Below are positions 1 through 11,766 of a DNA stretch of 64,000 nucleotides, piece by piece. Position 1 is the stretch's first letter; each line of letters begins with the position of its first letter. The DNA comes from the human T2T-CHM13v2.0 reference genome, Homo sapiens, in assembly GCF_009914755.1 (NCBI RefSeq), contig NC_060925.1; one strand, 5' to 3'. The position numbers and the translations under genes were made by a program. Under the pieces are notes generated by a model. That model made no database searches. It was not told the origin of the DNA and saw nothing but the letters and a program-made list of their open reading frames with translations.

Positions 1-996
1 ACACTCTTAGTTTCCCTGTTGAAACTTTTGCTGCTGCCCGTCTGGGAGCAGGTGGAAGGAGCATGCAGAGAATGTCCGGGCGGCCGCAAACATTTCCTAG
101 CCAAATGTAGGCTTGGACTTTCCCCCTCTGCTACATCCTGCCCTTGAACTCCAGGAAGTTGCTCTTGCATTGCCAAAGGTTGTGCTCTATTTTGAGCTTT
201 TGCGAAATGCTTTTTTTCCCCTCTACACATTTAATCAAAATGGCACTTGGCAGCTGTGTGAACAATATTGTGTCTCTGAAACCACCTCCTCATGCCTAGC
301 TTTTTCCAGCATGTTCAAACAAACAGAGGCCTTTGACTTTGACACTTCAAACATCTCCATCCTCTTAGGAAAGGGTGAGTTTCTTCTGGGCTCAGTGTAT
401 TTGCTTTCAAAAAGCGGTTCAAAAGGGCGGGTGATCCAGCTTTCTGTTGAGCTCAGATGGCTTCTTACCTTGTGTCTCAGTAAGTCTTACTTTCTGCAGG
501 AAGATCAGGAAGAAGTAGGGATAGGTCACTTAGTTTGCAAATGAGCAAACAAGTTCATCAGTTTGTTGAAGGTCATGAAACAGAACCTGGGGCTTTGCAG
601 TACTAGGCCCATCACACATTTTAATTAGCTGTTTGTATGAGGGGGTTGGTTTAGATTTATTTTATTCTCTTTCCCTTAAAACTTCTATTATAATGTTGTT
701 ATATAATATTATAATAATGCTAATATTAAATTTTAAAAGTAAACATTAAAAGATCTGGGTCAAGTACATAGCATGAAGGGTTGTAGTGGCTTTTAGGTTT
801 TCACTGTAGAGAGTAGCATGCTGTAGCAGAGTCCATGTGATGTTTACCTCTCACTTAGCACTGTCCAGTGGGAAGCAGAGCTGCACACTCTGATGGCATC
901 CTGTGGCCTTCCCCAGCCCACTCTCTTCAAGCTTCTCCATCACCTGCTGTTTAACAACCCACCCTTCATGCATCCTGTTGGCCCTTGTCGTGGCAG

Positions 997-1218
997 GTAA
1001 AGAAGACAATGGAGGCCACCCTGCAAACCATCCAGGACATTGTGACTGTCGAGGACTTTGATGTGTCTGACTGCTTCCAGTACAGCAACTCCATGGAGTC
1101 CGTCAAGTCCACGGTCTCTGAAACCTTCATGAGCAAGCCCAGCATTGCTAAGAGGAGAGCCAACCAGCAAGAGACAGAGCAGTTTTATTTCACAGTAAGG
1201 GAGTGCTATGGCTTTTAA
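997..1218 (+). CDS. SRGAP2: Terminal coding exon of a truncated SRGAP2 paralogue (exon 9, 997-1194, plus intron-9 read-through VRECYGF*, 1195-1218); SRGAP2B, C or D not distinguishable here
   Basis: Acceptor ...ttgtcgtggcag| ends at 996. The 198-nt phase-0 exon encodes VKKTMEATLQTIQDIVTVEDFDVSDCFQYSNSMESVKSTVSETFMSKPSIAKRRANQQETEQFYFT, recognised as the end of the SRGAP2 F-BAR-extension region. The donor gtaagg at 1195 continues in frame as VRECYGF-TAA, the known C-terminus of the human-specific duplicates. No further SRGAP2 exon was recognised in the next 62 kb. Confidence 0.93.
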   Translation, partial: VKKTMEATLQTIQDIVTVEDFDVSDCFQYSNSMESVKSTVSETFMSKPSIAKRRANQQETEQFYFTVRECYGF

Positions 1219-4121
1219 AGAGCGTCAGCATGCACTGCAGCACTCAAGGGAGATTTGGAACTCAGAGTCCTTGTTAAGTGTCTGAAGGACAGGCATTGAA
1301 TATCTTAGATACGAATGTGGGCATACTCAGAGACCATCCCTACACTTAAAGGTGCAAACATTAAAAGTTGTATATGTCTAACAGGGATCCGCCCAAGAGA
1401 AAGGATGCTCCCAAGTATACAACTAAGAAGATTTTCTTTTTTAAGAAATTTTTAACTAGCTAGTAGGCTTTCACTGGAAAGTTTCCTTCTCAGGCACAGG
1501 GGATCCTGAAAGGGGAACTTCATCTTTTAGTTCTTGGAGAGTACATACAAATATTCATAATAACACATATTTTGTTTATAAAAATCTATAATCTCTTCTA
1601 GGTGATATGATGACATTATTTTATAACTTTTATTGTTGGGAAACTATTTTTTCTAATTATTGCTAAAACTTAAAGGATGGGTAATATGCAGCATTACTAT
1701 TTTGCACATAATTCCAAAACATCGTATTTTCTTATTCATGTATCTCTAGTCTTCTTTTAGACAGTTGGACCCTTTTTTCTTTTTCTTTTTTTTTTTTTTT
1801 TTTTAAGTATTGTTAACAATCCTTTGGAAGTCACTACTGGTCTTTGTGTGCTGCTTTTTAATAATTGAGTTATTTTGAGCTTGCCAAGTAGGATCTATTG
1901 CCTGGACTAAAATTTATTTCCTAATCTTCTGATGACCAAGAAAGGAAAAATTAAGTTTGCAGATGTGAGATGAAATATAGCCAGTGAATATGCATACTGA
2001 TTCTGAATGAAAGGAATTAACTTTTCAGTCAAGAAACAGTCTGCATGCAGTAAATTGAATTTTTCCTGCAACTGGAATGATTTGTTTAATTCTTCTTTGA
2101 ACACTGCCCTTTCTCCAGTAAGAACACTAATGATTTGCTAATATTTTTTAAAGAAATCTGTTTTTTTAATTAGTTAAGCTCAGACTTCCTCTTATTTTTT
2201 ATCCTAGAGAAAACTGCTAAAAGGGAATGATATATCAGTACTATTCTTCTAAAACAACTTTTTAAAAATGATTATACAAAGCCAAATATGCTCATTATAT
2301 AAAATTTAGAAGCAAAAAGAAGGAAATAAAAATTTTCCATAATTCTACCAGCTAGAGATAATGGTGTTAGAATATATTCCTTTCTAATCTGTTTTCTATG
2401 CATGCACAAACACATATGTGAGCACATATTTATAATTTTATTCTAAAAAATAGGACACTGCTGTACATATTGTTTTACAATCTAAGTCATATAATTATAA
2501 TATTCTTTAAGCATATTTATGAGTAAAATATTAAAACCTATACAAAAAAATAACAGAATGGCATTTTAGCTCATTCATTGATTTTTATAAAATATTTAAC
2601 ACACTCCCTGGTTTGTAGTTAGCGTTCAATAAATGCTAAAAATTTATCTTCACCATCATCATTAATTTATTTATTAATCATTATTAAATTATTCATTGAT
2701 CATTTTTTGAGGATTTACTATTGCCAGACACTGTGCTACAAGCTGGGAATGCTGACAGTATAAGATAAAGAGGGAAATGATGGGGGATGGGTCATGTAAA
2801 GGGAGAACTTTCATTTTTACTTCATATATATCTAAGCAGTTATAATAGGTTGATTTTTGTAATTTAAAAAATGTAAAAATGCATACATGCACTAGTGCAT
2901 GAATGGCAGCCAGGATGAGTGGAATTGGAGAAGCATCACACACACAGTGACTTTTGTGTTTGATCTTGAAGAATGAGCGAACCAGGCAGGGAGTCGGGGA
3001 GGAGAATCGCATTCCTTGAGGAAAGAGCAGCATGTGGGAAAACATAAATGCACGCAATAACCTGGCTCACATGTTAAGAGAACTTTCTGACTATAATGAG
3101 GGATGTGTTGCTGCCCCAAGCTTCATTATCTAAGGAGTTTGTTGAACACTCTCTAGAGGCTTTTAATAATAGGATTGTTTAGCTGGTCTGTCTGGACTGG
3201 TTAGATATAACACTATTTAAATGACCCAATCTCATTACATTGTGAAGATTTCCATTTTTTAGGTTACGTAAGAAATTTTGGACCTAAAAATCTTGCATTT
3301 TAAGACAGTCTTTGTCAGAATTACTTTTTGGCTCTAAATGAATTCTGTAACATTTGTATTCTAAATTGACCTTTAGTAAAAGCAGGAATGGCCATATTCA
3401 AACTGGTAACCTCGCAAATCCTGCCCACCCTTTCACTTTCTGTCTCAATACATTGATGTCCTCTAACCCATTTCCTGTCTTATGTGGCTTTAGTGCCACT
3501 TATCAAAATTGTGTGCAAATTTCCTTGGCTAACAGTAACAGTTTTTGTCTGGGCTTGTCTAGCAGTGGAATTCTGCCTGAGTTCATCATTTTTGTGACTG
3601 GTACTTGAAGTGCATCAGATGATTAATTTCATGATAAGAGGGCTTTTTGGGGTGGTGAAATAGACATTTATGGAAAATGGGATACCCACATTAAGCAGGG
3701 TGACTACCTGTTTACCATACAACCCACACAAAGCCAATACAACTATAGATGTGCTTTCTTTAGTCTGTTGCCTCTGCAAACATTGCCCGTGTGTTTCTCT
3801 ATGCCCTTCAAAAACATCAGAGCAGCACATCCTGGAAGATCCTATCTTTTGTAAGTTTAAGAAGCAGCCTCTTGTCACAGCTTGACTCCTAGGTAGTGTG
3901 CCTAGTGACCAAGAGGGCTGCTAAGAAAGCTTTCTGACCACTTGTGGCTGTCATTGGACTGATTTGCCCAGATGACATCAATTGGGAATTTGAGGCATGA
4001 CCTATAAAGATCAGTTGCTTGCAAGAGTCTCAGGAAAATAATTGTGGAGTTAAGAAACTTGAAGCGATTTTTAAAAATTACCTAACCCAACCTTCTCATT
4101 TGAAAAATTAAAAAATAAATA

Positions 4122-4420
4122 GGCCAGATATGGCGGCTCATGCCTGTAATCCCAGCGCTGTGGGAGCCTGAGGCGGGTGGGTCTCTTGAGGCCAGGAGTT
4201 CAAGACCAGCCTGGACAATGTGGTGAAACCCTGTCTCTACTAAAAACACAAAAATTAGCTGGGTGTGGTGGCAGGCGCCTGTAATCCCAGCTACTCAGGA
4301 GGCTAAGGTGGGAGGATTACTTGAACTGGGGAGGCATAGGTTGTAGTGAGCCAAGGTCGTGTCACTGCACTCCAGCCTGGGTGACAGAGTAAGACTCTGC
4401 CTAAAAAAAAAAAAAGAAAG
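4122..4420 (+). mobile_element. Alu (AluJ/S), full length
   Basis: Dimeric Alu with A-tail; 15-bp TSD attaaaaaataaata at 4107-4121 and 4421-4435. Confidence 0.93.
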
Positions 4421-4440
4421 ATTAAAAAATAAATAAATCT

Positions 4441-4600
4441 GCTGGGCGTGGTGGCTCACGCCTGTAATCCCAGCACTTTGGGAGGCCGAGGCGGGTGGAT
4501 CACCTGAGGTCGGGAGTTTGAGACCAGCCTGATCAACATGGAGAAACCTCGTCTCTACTAAAAACACAAAAAAATTAGCTGGGCGTGGTGGCGCATGCCT
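4441..4600 (+). mobile_element. AluSp-like, 3'-truncated (left arm plus start of right arm)
   Basis: Has the Sp-type segment ggtcgggag...catggagaaacc. It ends abruptly at ...gcgcatgcct|cattcacg with no tail or TSD. Confidence 0.9.
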
Positions 4601-5149
4601 CATTCACGTACATGGGAGAGTCTACAAAGTCACACGTATTCATAGGTTAAGCCACATGCTGACAAATGTCATAAGAAGACCCTACACTTTTACCTTGGCC
4701 GATCCCTCCCCTCAGTGCAAGCTCTGTGCAAGAGTGAACTTGAACTTCACTCAGTGCAAGAGTGAACACACACTTTGTGCCGGCTTTAAAGAACCCAGCA
4801 CAAAGCCAGTCTGCATGGCCTACAGACATATTTTGCTGGACAATGATTACTTGCTTTTCTTTTTGTTTTTCTTGTATATGCCTGTTTGATTGGTTCCTGA
4901 CATACCAGAAAATCACTGTCAAAACATTAGCTTAACATTTGTTAAGGAAACAAAAAGACTTCGGTGACCACACCTTATAAACCAAACAGTTTTGTAAATC
5001 ACTTTGGAAAATTTCACTAAAAAAAAAAATCCTTAACAATATAATAAGTAAAGAAAATTTAAAACCACAAAACATTACTGTGTTTGTAGGGGGAGGTCTG
5101 ATTTACAGAGTAACCACATAGTAATTATAATTATTAGAATGTCCAGTTT

Positions 5150-5600
5150 TCAAAAAACGTTACAAGGCATACAAAGAATGGGAAAGTGTGGCTCATTCAA
5201 AGGAACAAAATAAAGTGACAGAAAATATCCCTAAGGAAACCCAGACATCAAACTTACCAGACAAAGACTTTAAAACAACTCTCTTCATTATACTCAAATG
5301 TCAAAAGGAAAACATAAACAAAGAAATAAAGGAATCAGAAAAAATATTAAAAAGTAGGAATATCAGCAAAGAGATAACAAATTCTGGAGTGGAAAACTAC
5401 AATGATAAAAATTTAAAAATCACCAGAGGGATTTAAGAGTATATTTGCACACACAGAGGAAGCCATGAACTTGAAGAGAAGAAAATGGAAAATACTGTCT
5501 CTGAGAAACAGAAAGAATAAAAAATAAACAATGAGCAGAGACTAATGAATTTGTGGGACATCATCAAATAGACCAACATTCATATTCTAGAAGGATAAAT
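5150..5600 (+). mobile_element. Ancient L1M ORF1-region fragment
   Basis: A-rich degenerate L1 ORF1-like sequence (e.g. LPDKDFKTT-like peptide; tgtgggacatcatcaaatagaccaacatt). Confidence 0.6.
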
Positions 5601-8600
5601 TATGTTGTTAAAAAGTTTACCATTCTTTCTTTTCACCTTTCTTCCTTCTTCCTTCCCCCTCCTCCTTTTTACTTTTCTTCCTCTTCCTTTCTCTTCTTCT
5701 TTCTCGCCTTCATTATCCCTTTCGCTGTTTCTCTTTCTCCCTTTCTCTTTTTTCTTTTCTTTCAATTTTCTCAATTACTAAGAGATGTTTAAGTACCCTT
5801 AGCATGTTAGTAGATATGGTTATTTCTCCCTTTAGTTCTCTTTTGAGATTTATAGTCACTCAAATAAAGAGATAACCCAAACATAAGCGTCACAAACAGG
5901 CTTTCATACCATTCTTAATTTGGTCCTGTAATTCTTCATTGCTGTATTAATTTTCTGATGCTTTTAAGGATGTTTTATAACAAATTGTGTAGCTTTTTCC
6001 AATGGAATGTTTATTCTGAATTATCTAATTCATATTGTAAGTATAGAGGGAGTTTAATATAAAATTATTAAACTAATATTTGTGAAAGAATGTATTTGAG
6101 CATTTAACAAATATGTTAATCCTCAGACTGTTATTGGGCAGCTGAGCATACAGGAATAAAAATAACACAATTTTTATGTGTACAATATTTATGGAATACG
6201 TTACTGGACCCAATAAATAATTTAGTTAATAACATGACAAAGAACAGAAATTGTATACACTATAGAGCATAGTAATGGAATAATGAATGATTAAAGTTAT
6301 TAATATTAGGTAGAAAATGAAGGGTATCTTTGAGAGCAGAATTCAAGGAAGCAAGCAATTCGCCTTATCAGGAAAGAGTTACCTGTGGATAAAGGAGAAA
6401 CTGAAAAATTTACAAGTCAAGACTTTTTGAGCAAAAACAAAAATATGACTATTAGTCACCAATTCAGTACAGTGAAAAAAATGTTGAAGAGATATCTTGG
6501 AAGTAAACCATGTTGTGGAAGAGCATGTAGGGTTTTGATAATCATGGGATGATTCTGAATTAATTTTAAATGCGATAGGAATATATGAGATAATTTCACC
6601 AGAGAATAATATGATTGTGTTTGCATTTCAAAGGGGTGTATCTGGTGCACTGTGTAGAATAAATAGGTTATGTGAGCAAATAAATTGGGAGGCTACTCTA
6701 ATCCAGCGAAAAAAGGTAGTGACTTAGGTGAGAATGCTGTCAGCATGAGTGGTAGTAGTGGTGAGAAGTCGTTAGGCCATGGATGTATTTCATAGGACTG
6801 GCCAAGAGAACTGCAGCTAAATTGGAGTGTAGGGAGTGAAATAGAGAACTCAAAGATGACTCTCAGCAATGGAAGGTGACAGCTGTCACTGAAGCATGCT
6901 GATGCCTCTTATTAAGAGAGTTACTTGGGAATGGCAAGATCAAAACTTCTCACTTTCAAATTTATGAAAAATATTGTTTTCAGAATGAGTGACTTTGGGA
7001 TCAGAAAGCCACCATTCTAATTGATGGTTCCACGACTACACGGGCTCACACTCGCAAGAGCAAAAGTAAATCATCACAAAGGTGCTTCTTGATAATTCTA
7101 GAGAATGGAGAATTACTGTAACATCTTTCTGATTTTAGGAGAGGTAGCAGTTCCCTTTTTAGCCTAAACGCTATTTCTTTTTAAAGCTCAGCCAAGAGAC
7201 TCCATTATAATTTTCAAATGTGTGTAACTTAAATTCTCATATGAAATACCACTATGCTTAAATTAGTCAAAACATTTTCCCCATCTACAACTCTATCTTG
7301 TCATTGTAATCATTTTCACAAAAGTGACTGCAGCTCTCAGACCCTAAAAAGAGAAAATCCAGGGTAGTTTATCTGATCTAGTTAGTTTCGAAGACAGGAT
7401 CTAGAGATTATTTAATATGAAATGGGTCACCTGAAATGAAGTGTTTACTGAAAACAGCTTGGATCAGCCCAGTTTTCTACCACTGAACCATGCATTTGGT
7501 TTAAAAAACACAACAACTCTGGGGAATATCGGCTGCTTCCAACTGTGTTGAAGGTGTTAAAGAAAAGAGCATAAAATTAAAAATGATCATCTGAGGCCTT
7601 TATAGTCTCTGCTCAAGAGACTAGAGTTTTCCATTCTTAACTAAACACCCAAATATCTTAATAATTGGGCAAAATCTAAATATCAGAGATAATTTTATCT
7701 TGAAGATTGTTAAATTATAATGGTGATTCACTAGCTTGCCACGTCTCTGAGTCAAAAATTAGGTCTTTGTTTAGGAATCAATCATAATCTGCAATTTGGA
7801 AATAGGAAGATTTTAGAAGACTCAGACATTGACTTTCTTCTGTGCAAAAAAAAAAGACGTATTGAGATAAGACAAGTCTTTCCTTGCAAGGATACCTCTA
7901 ATGCTCATACACCACCTCCCCTAACATTAATAGAGCTTCCAGGTCACTAACCAGTGTCAGAGAGCAGCCCATGCAACTAGAAATTCAAAAGATGTCGAAC
8001 ATAGGGTCAAGCTTAGAATAAGACGTCTTAGCTAATTAAGTATGCTTTTTTCCCGAAATTCATATTAACAAAATCTTGGATATGTCAGAGAATGCATTCT
8101 AAGTTCACTCAACCTAGGAGGGAGAAACATAATTTTAAATTAAGAGCTGAAGCATTCTTGTCCTAACACAAAGCAAGGAAAACGAAATATCACACCACAG
8201 GAGGGATTTCACAAATTTGCGTCAACATCAAAACCTTAAAATAGGCAAGGAGAATGCAGATTCACAATGAACTCTTGTACTTGTTTTGTTCAGAGGAGAG
8301 ATGGTTCTGAGAGAATGACAGTGAACTAACCCCAGCTGGTTTAGTTGGTGCTTTCAACTACTGCTTCTGATCAACTCCTTTAGCTAGAATAAATTGATGA
8401 GGATTTTGGCATGTGGTATTAGAGATGGTTATTAATTTTTTCCTCTTATTTGCATTGTTCAATATAGTAAATACTAGCTGTATATGGCTACTTCAATTCA
8501 AATTAATTACAATGAAATATACTTAAATATTGAATTTCTTAGTCACTCTTGGTTCATTATTGAATATCTTCAGCTAAGATTTCCCAACTAAAGACACTAA

Positions 8601-9284
8601 GAGGTGGCTTAGTTAACTGGTCATCCACAAATATTGAAGCTGCTGTTAACTCCTGATATATTCTCTGCAAGGAGAATACTCATAAGCCTCCTCCTGAAAT
8701 CAGCAGCCTAGAGATAGTTTTATAAACTGGATACAAGTTGGAAATCTATATACTCTTTAAGTGTTTGAAATATTAGCTTCCCAGGGAAGAAAATCAAATT
8801 CATAAGATATGCTAGGACAATTTAACTCAAGATGTTCAAAACTGAAATGACATATTCTACAACATGTGATAAAACCACCCCCTAACAACTTAAAGCAAAA
8901 CAGGGATGGACCTTAAAGACCTGCCTTTTCCTCATCCCCCAGCCAATCAGTTTTCAAATCTTGCATTTTATTTTGAAAGGTCCCTATCCCCCTGGTCTCT
9001 TGTTTCTAGACTTGGCACATATTTAAGTTTGTTACCTCTCTCTACTGACTTTTCTCTCTTCAAACAGTATCTATGCCTGCCAAATGTGAACGTACAAGAA
9101 ACAAATCAGAATGTGTCATTCTGATTTAAACTGCTTATTAGTTAATACCCTCAAGATAACATCTGGGTTCTTAGCTTCAATGAGTCAAGCCTACTTACAT
9201 CTTTTTGTCTTTGGCTGCTCATTTCCTATCACATCGCACTCCAGCAATGCCAAGCTGTGCCGGCCTTCCACTCCATCTCCATTA

Positions 9285-10287
9285 TTTCGCCCTCCACCGC
9301 CGCCGCCACGGCTTTTTGCCCCCCCGCCGCCGCGGCTTATTCCCCCCACCCCGCCTCGGCTTTTTGCCCGCCGCTGCTTTGTGCCCCCCCGGCGCCAGGG
9401 CTTTTAGCCCGCCGCGGCTTTTTGACCCCTTGCCGCTGCGAATTTTGCCGCCGCGGCTTTTTGTCCCCCGCCGCTTTTTGCACCCCGCCGCTTTTTGCAC
9501 CCCGCCGCTTTTTGCCCCCCCCGCCGCCGCGGCTTTTTCCTCGCCGTGGCTTTTTCCCCCCTGCCCCCACGGCTTTTTACCCGCCGCGGCTTTTTGTCCC
9601 CTGCCGCCGCGACTTTTTGCCCCCCGCCGCCGCGACTTTTTGCCCCCACCCCGCCTCGGCTTCTTGCCCGCCGCGGCTTTTTACCCCCCGCCGCCGCGGC
9701 TTTTTGCCCGCCGCGGATTTGTGCCCCCCTCGCCGCCGCGGCTTTTTGCCCGCCGCGGCTTTCTGCCACACACCCGCCGCCGCGGCTTTTTGCCCCTCCG
9801 CCGCCGCGGCTTTTTGCCCCCACCTTGCCTCGGCTTTTTGACCGCCGCGGCTTTTTGCCCCACCACCGACACAGCTTTTTGCACACTCGTCGCCTTGGCT
9901 TTTTGCCGCCGCGGCTTTCTGCCCCCTCGCTGCCGCGGCTTTTTGCCCCTCCGCCACCGCCGCTGCTTTTTGCCCCACCGCCGCCGTGGCTTTTTGCCCG
10001 CCGCAGCTTTTTGCCATCGCGGCTTTTTACTCGCCACGGCCTTTTACCCGCCGCGGCTTTTTGCGCCCCGCTGTCACGGCTTTTTGCCCCCCTGCCGCAG
10101 CGACTTTTTCGCCGCCGCGGCGTTTTGCCCCCGCCGCCACGGCTTTTTGCCGCTGTCGCCGCCGCTTTTTGCCCCCGCCGCCGCGGCTTTTTGCTGCCGC
10201 GACTTTTTGCCCCGGTCGCCGCCGCTTTTTGTCACCGCGACTTTTTGCCCCCGCCACCGAGGATTTTTGTCCCCGCCGCCACGGCTC
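9285..10287. repeat. GC-rich CAAAAAG-type tandem array (unit ~ CCCCCGCCGCCGCGGCTTTTTG; reverse strand CAAAAAGCCGCGGCGG)
   Basis: Dozens of variable 15-25 bp units, each a T4-5 run plus a CCG-rich block, very CpG-dense. Matches the CAAAAAG repeat described at human pericentromeric duplicon boundaries. Confidence 0.9.
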
Positions 10288-10436
10288 TGAGGGCAGGAGC
10301 GGCAGACTCGGCTGCCAGCTCTACTGGCGTCCTGGCAAGGGCAGCGCCGAGGGGTGCTCCTGGTCCAGCTCTCCTGGCTCAGGGATTCTTTGCCTAGGCG
10401 CCGGCGCCCCGGGCTCCTTGCCTAGGCCCCTGTGGC

Positions 10437-10667
10437 CTGCATAGAGTGGCGCTGCCTGTGGAGGCGGTGGGAGAGAAGAAGGAGGGCGGTGGTGGGGGTG
10501 ATGCGGCGGCCACGGAGGGTGGCACAGGGGCTGCGGCCAGCCGGGCGCTGCAGCAGTGCGGGCAGCTCCAGAAGCTCATCGTCATCTTCATTGGCAGCCT
10601 GTGCGGGCTGTGCACCAAGTGCGCTGTGTCTAACGACCTCACCCAGCAGGAGATACAGACCCTGGAG
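10437..10667 (+). pseudogene. KSR1: Unprocessed KSR1 exon 1 copy (KSR1 pseudogene fragment)
   Basis: 77 codons [77 protein letters not shown] are colinear with the recalled KSR1 N-terminus [77 protein letters not shown]. Met1 is CTG and Met11 is GTG here. An intact donor GAG|gtaagg at 10668 is followed by intron-like sequence. Confidence 0.9.
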
Positions 10668-10964
10668 GTAAGGGGTTCGGGGACCCGGGCTGGGCTCCAG
10701 GAGCGGCCCGGACACCTCCTTCGGGGGCCCCAGTTCACTCCTGGCCGAGTTGCATCTTTGAGCCCACGTCACCCCCTTGGAGGCTTCCCCTCCCTCCTGC
10801 ACTCGCTGATGCGGCAGCCAGAGGACCCAGGACCAGCCCTCACCTTGGGCAGGATTTGTGGAGCGGGTGCGTGGTGGGAACTGGGATGGAGGCTCCAGGG
10901 TCCCGTGGGGGTGGGGGTGGGCTGCGTGAGGACATCCCCTTACCCCCTGAATTTCCATCTGGTC

Positions 10965-11030
10965 CAGCCCTCTCATCTTGTAGGTGAGGAAACCGAAGGC
11001 CCGAGGGAGAAATGACTTGCCAGGAACCCC
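10965..11030 (-). mobile_element. MIR core fragment
   Basis: ctcatcttgtaggtgaggaaaccgaaggcccgagggagaaatgacttgcc resembles the MIR core. Confidence 0.55.
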
Positions 11031-11497
11031 TGTTAAGGAAAATTAACAAAGTGTGGTTATTAAAGAAGAACTGAGTTGGGAGTCAGACCTGGAGGCCCGC
11101 ACCCGCGGTTAAGACATTATACCACCTTGAGTCTGGCCTGTTGACTGAGGGTGAGCCACTCCATCCTCATGTGATTGTGGGGTCTTAACCTCAAGGGGTT
11201 TCCTGCAGGAAGAAGCAAATGGGTTTGCTTTCCTAGCTCTGTCCAGTACGTTAGGGACCCTGAGGACTGAAGAGATTCTTGGAGAGCCATCTGGTGTATG
11301 TCATGGGTGGGTCTTTTTGGAAGGTCAGTCTGCCCAGTGGGCTGGCTCAGCCCGAATGAACTGTCTTGAATCTTTGGAGTTGTCTGTGTACTTTTAAGGG
11401 CTTCTCAGCCTTGCACCAAAAGATCCCCCTGGAAATTAGGTGGGAAAAACCTTAACTTTTGTGGGGCCTTGTGTTTGTCTTAAAAGTTCATGCACAT

Positions 11498-11766
11498 AGC
11501 CAGGTGTGGTGGCTCCCACCTGTTATCCTTTCCTGGATCCCTTGAGTCAAGGAGTTTGAGACCAACCTGGACAATATAGTGAGACCCCATCTCTACAAAA
11601 AATAAAATATTAGCCAGGGGTGGTTGTGCGCATCTGTAGTCCCAGCTACTACTGTGGCTGAGGCGGGAGGAGCACTTGATCCTGCACTGAGCTCTGATCT
11701 CACCAGTGTACTCCAGCCTGGGCCACAGAGCAAGACCGTGACTCAAAAAAAAAAAAAAAAAAAAAA
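11498..11766 (+). mobile_element. AluJ with internal deletions
   Basis: Diverged Alu dimer with A-tail; segments are missing in both arms. Confidence 0.85.

Larger units (their letters stand above)
1219..4600 (+). other. Retained SRGAP2 intron 9 / 3' UTR region of the truncated paralogue
   Basis: Follows the TAA at 1218. Candidate AATAAA signals lie at 2325-2330 and 2628-2633. The right boundary is inferred from the truncated Alu at 4600. Confidence 0.55.

Noticed and set aside
113-544. 143-aa ORF upstream of the SRGAP2 exon
   Set aside because: It lies in the preceding intron, starts at a non-ATG codon and has no recognisable homology.
997-1218. Assigning the copy specifically to SRGAP2C
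   Set aside because: The paralogue-distinguishing coding changes I know of lie in earlier exons outside this window.
9285-10287. CRISPR-like appearance of short repeats with variable intervals
   Set aside because: There are no unique spacers, unit length varies, no cas genes are present, and the context is primate.
9111-10444. Many long overlapping ORFs (up to 361 aa) on both strands
   Set aside because: They arise from the stop-poor CCG/T-run tandem array and encode low-complexity PPPRLF / AAAFC repeats in several frames.
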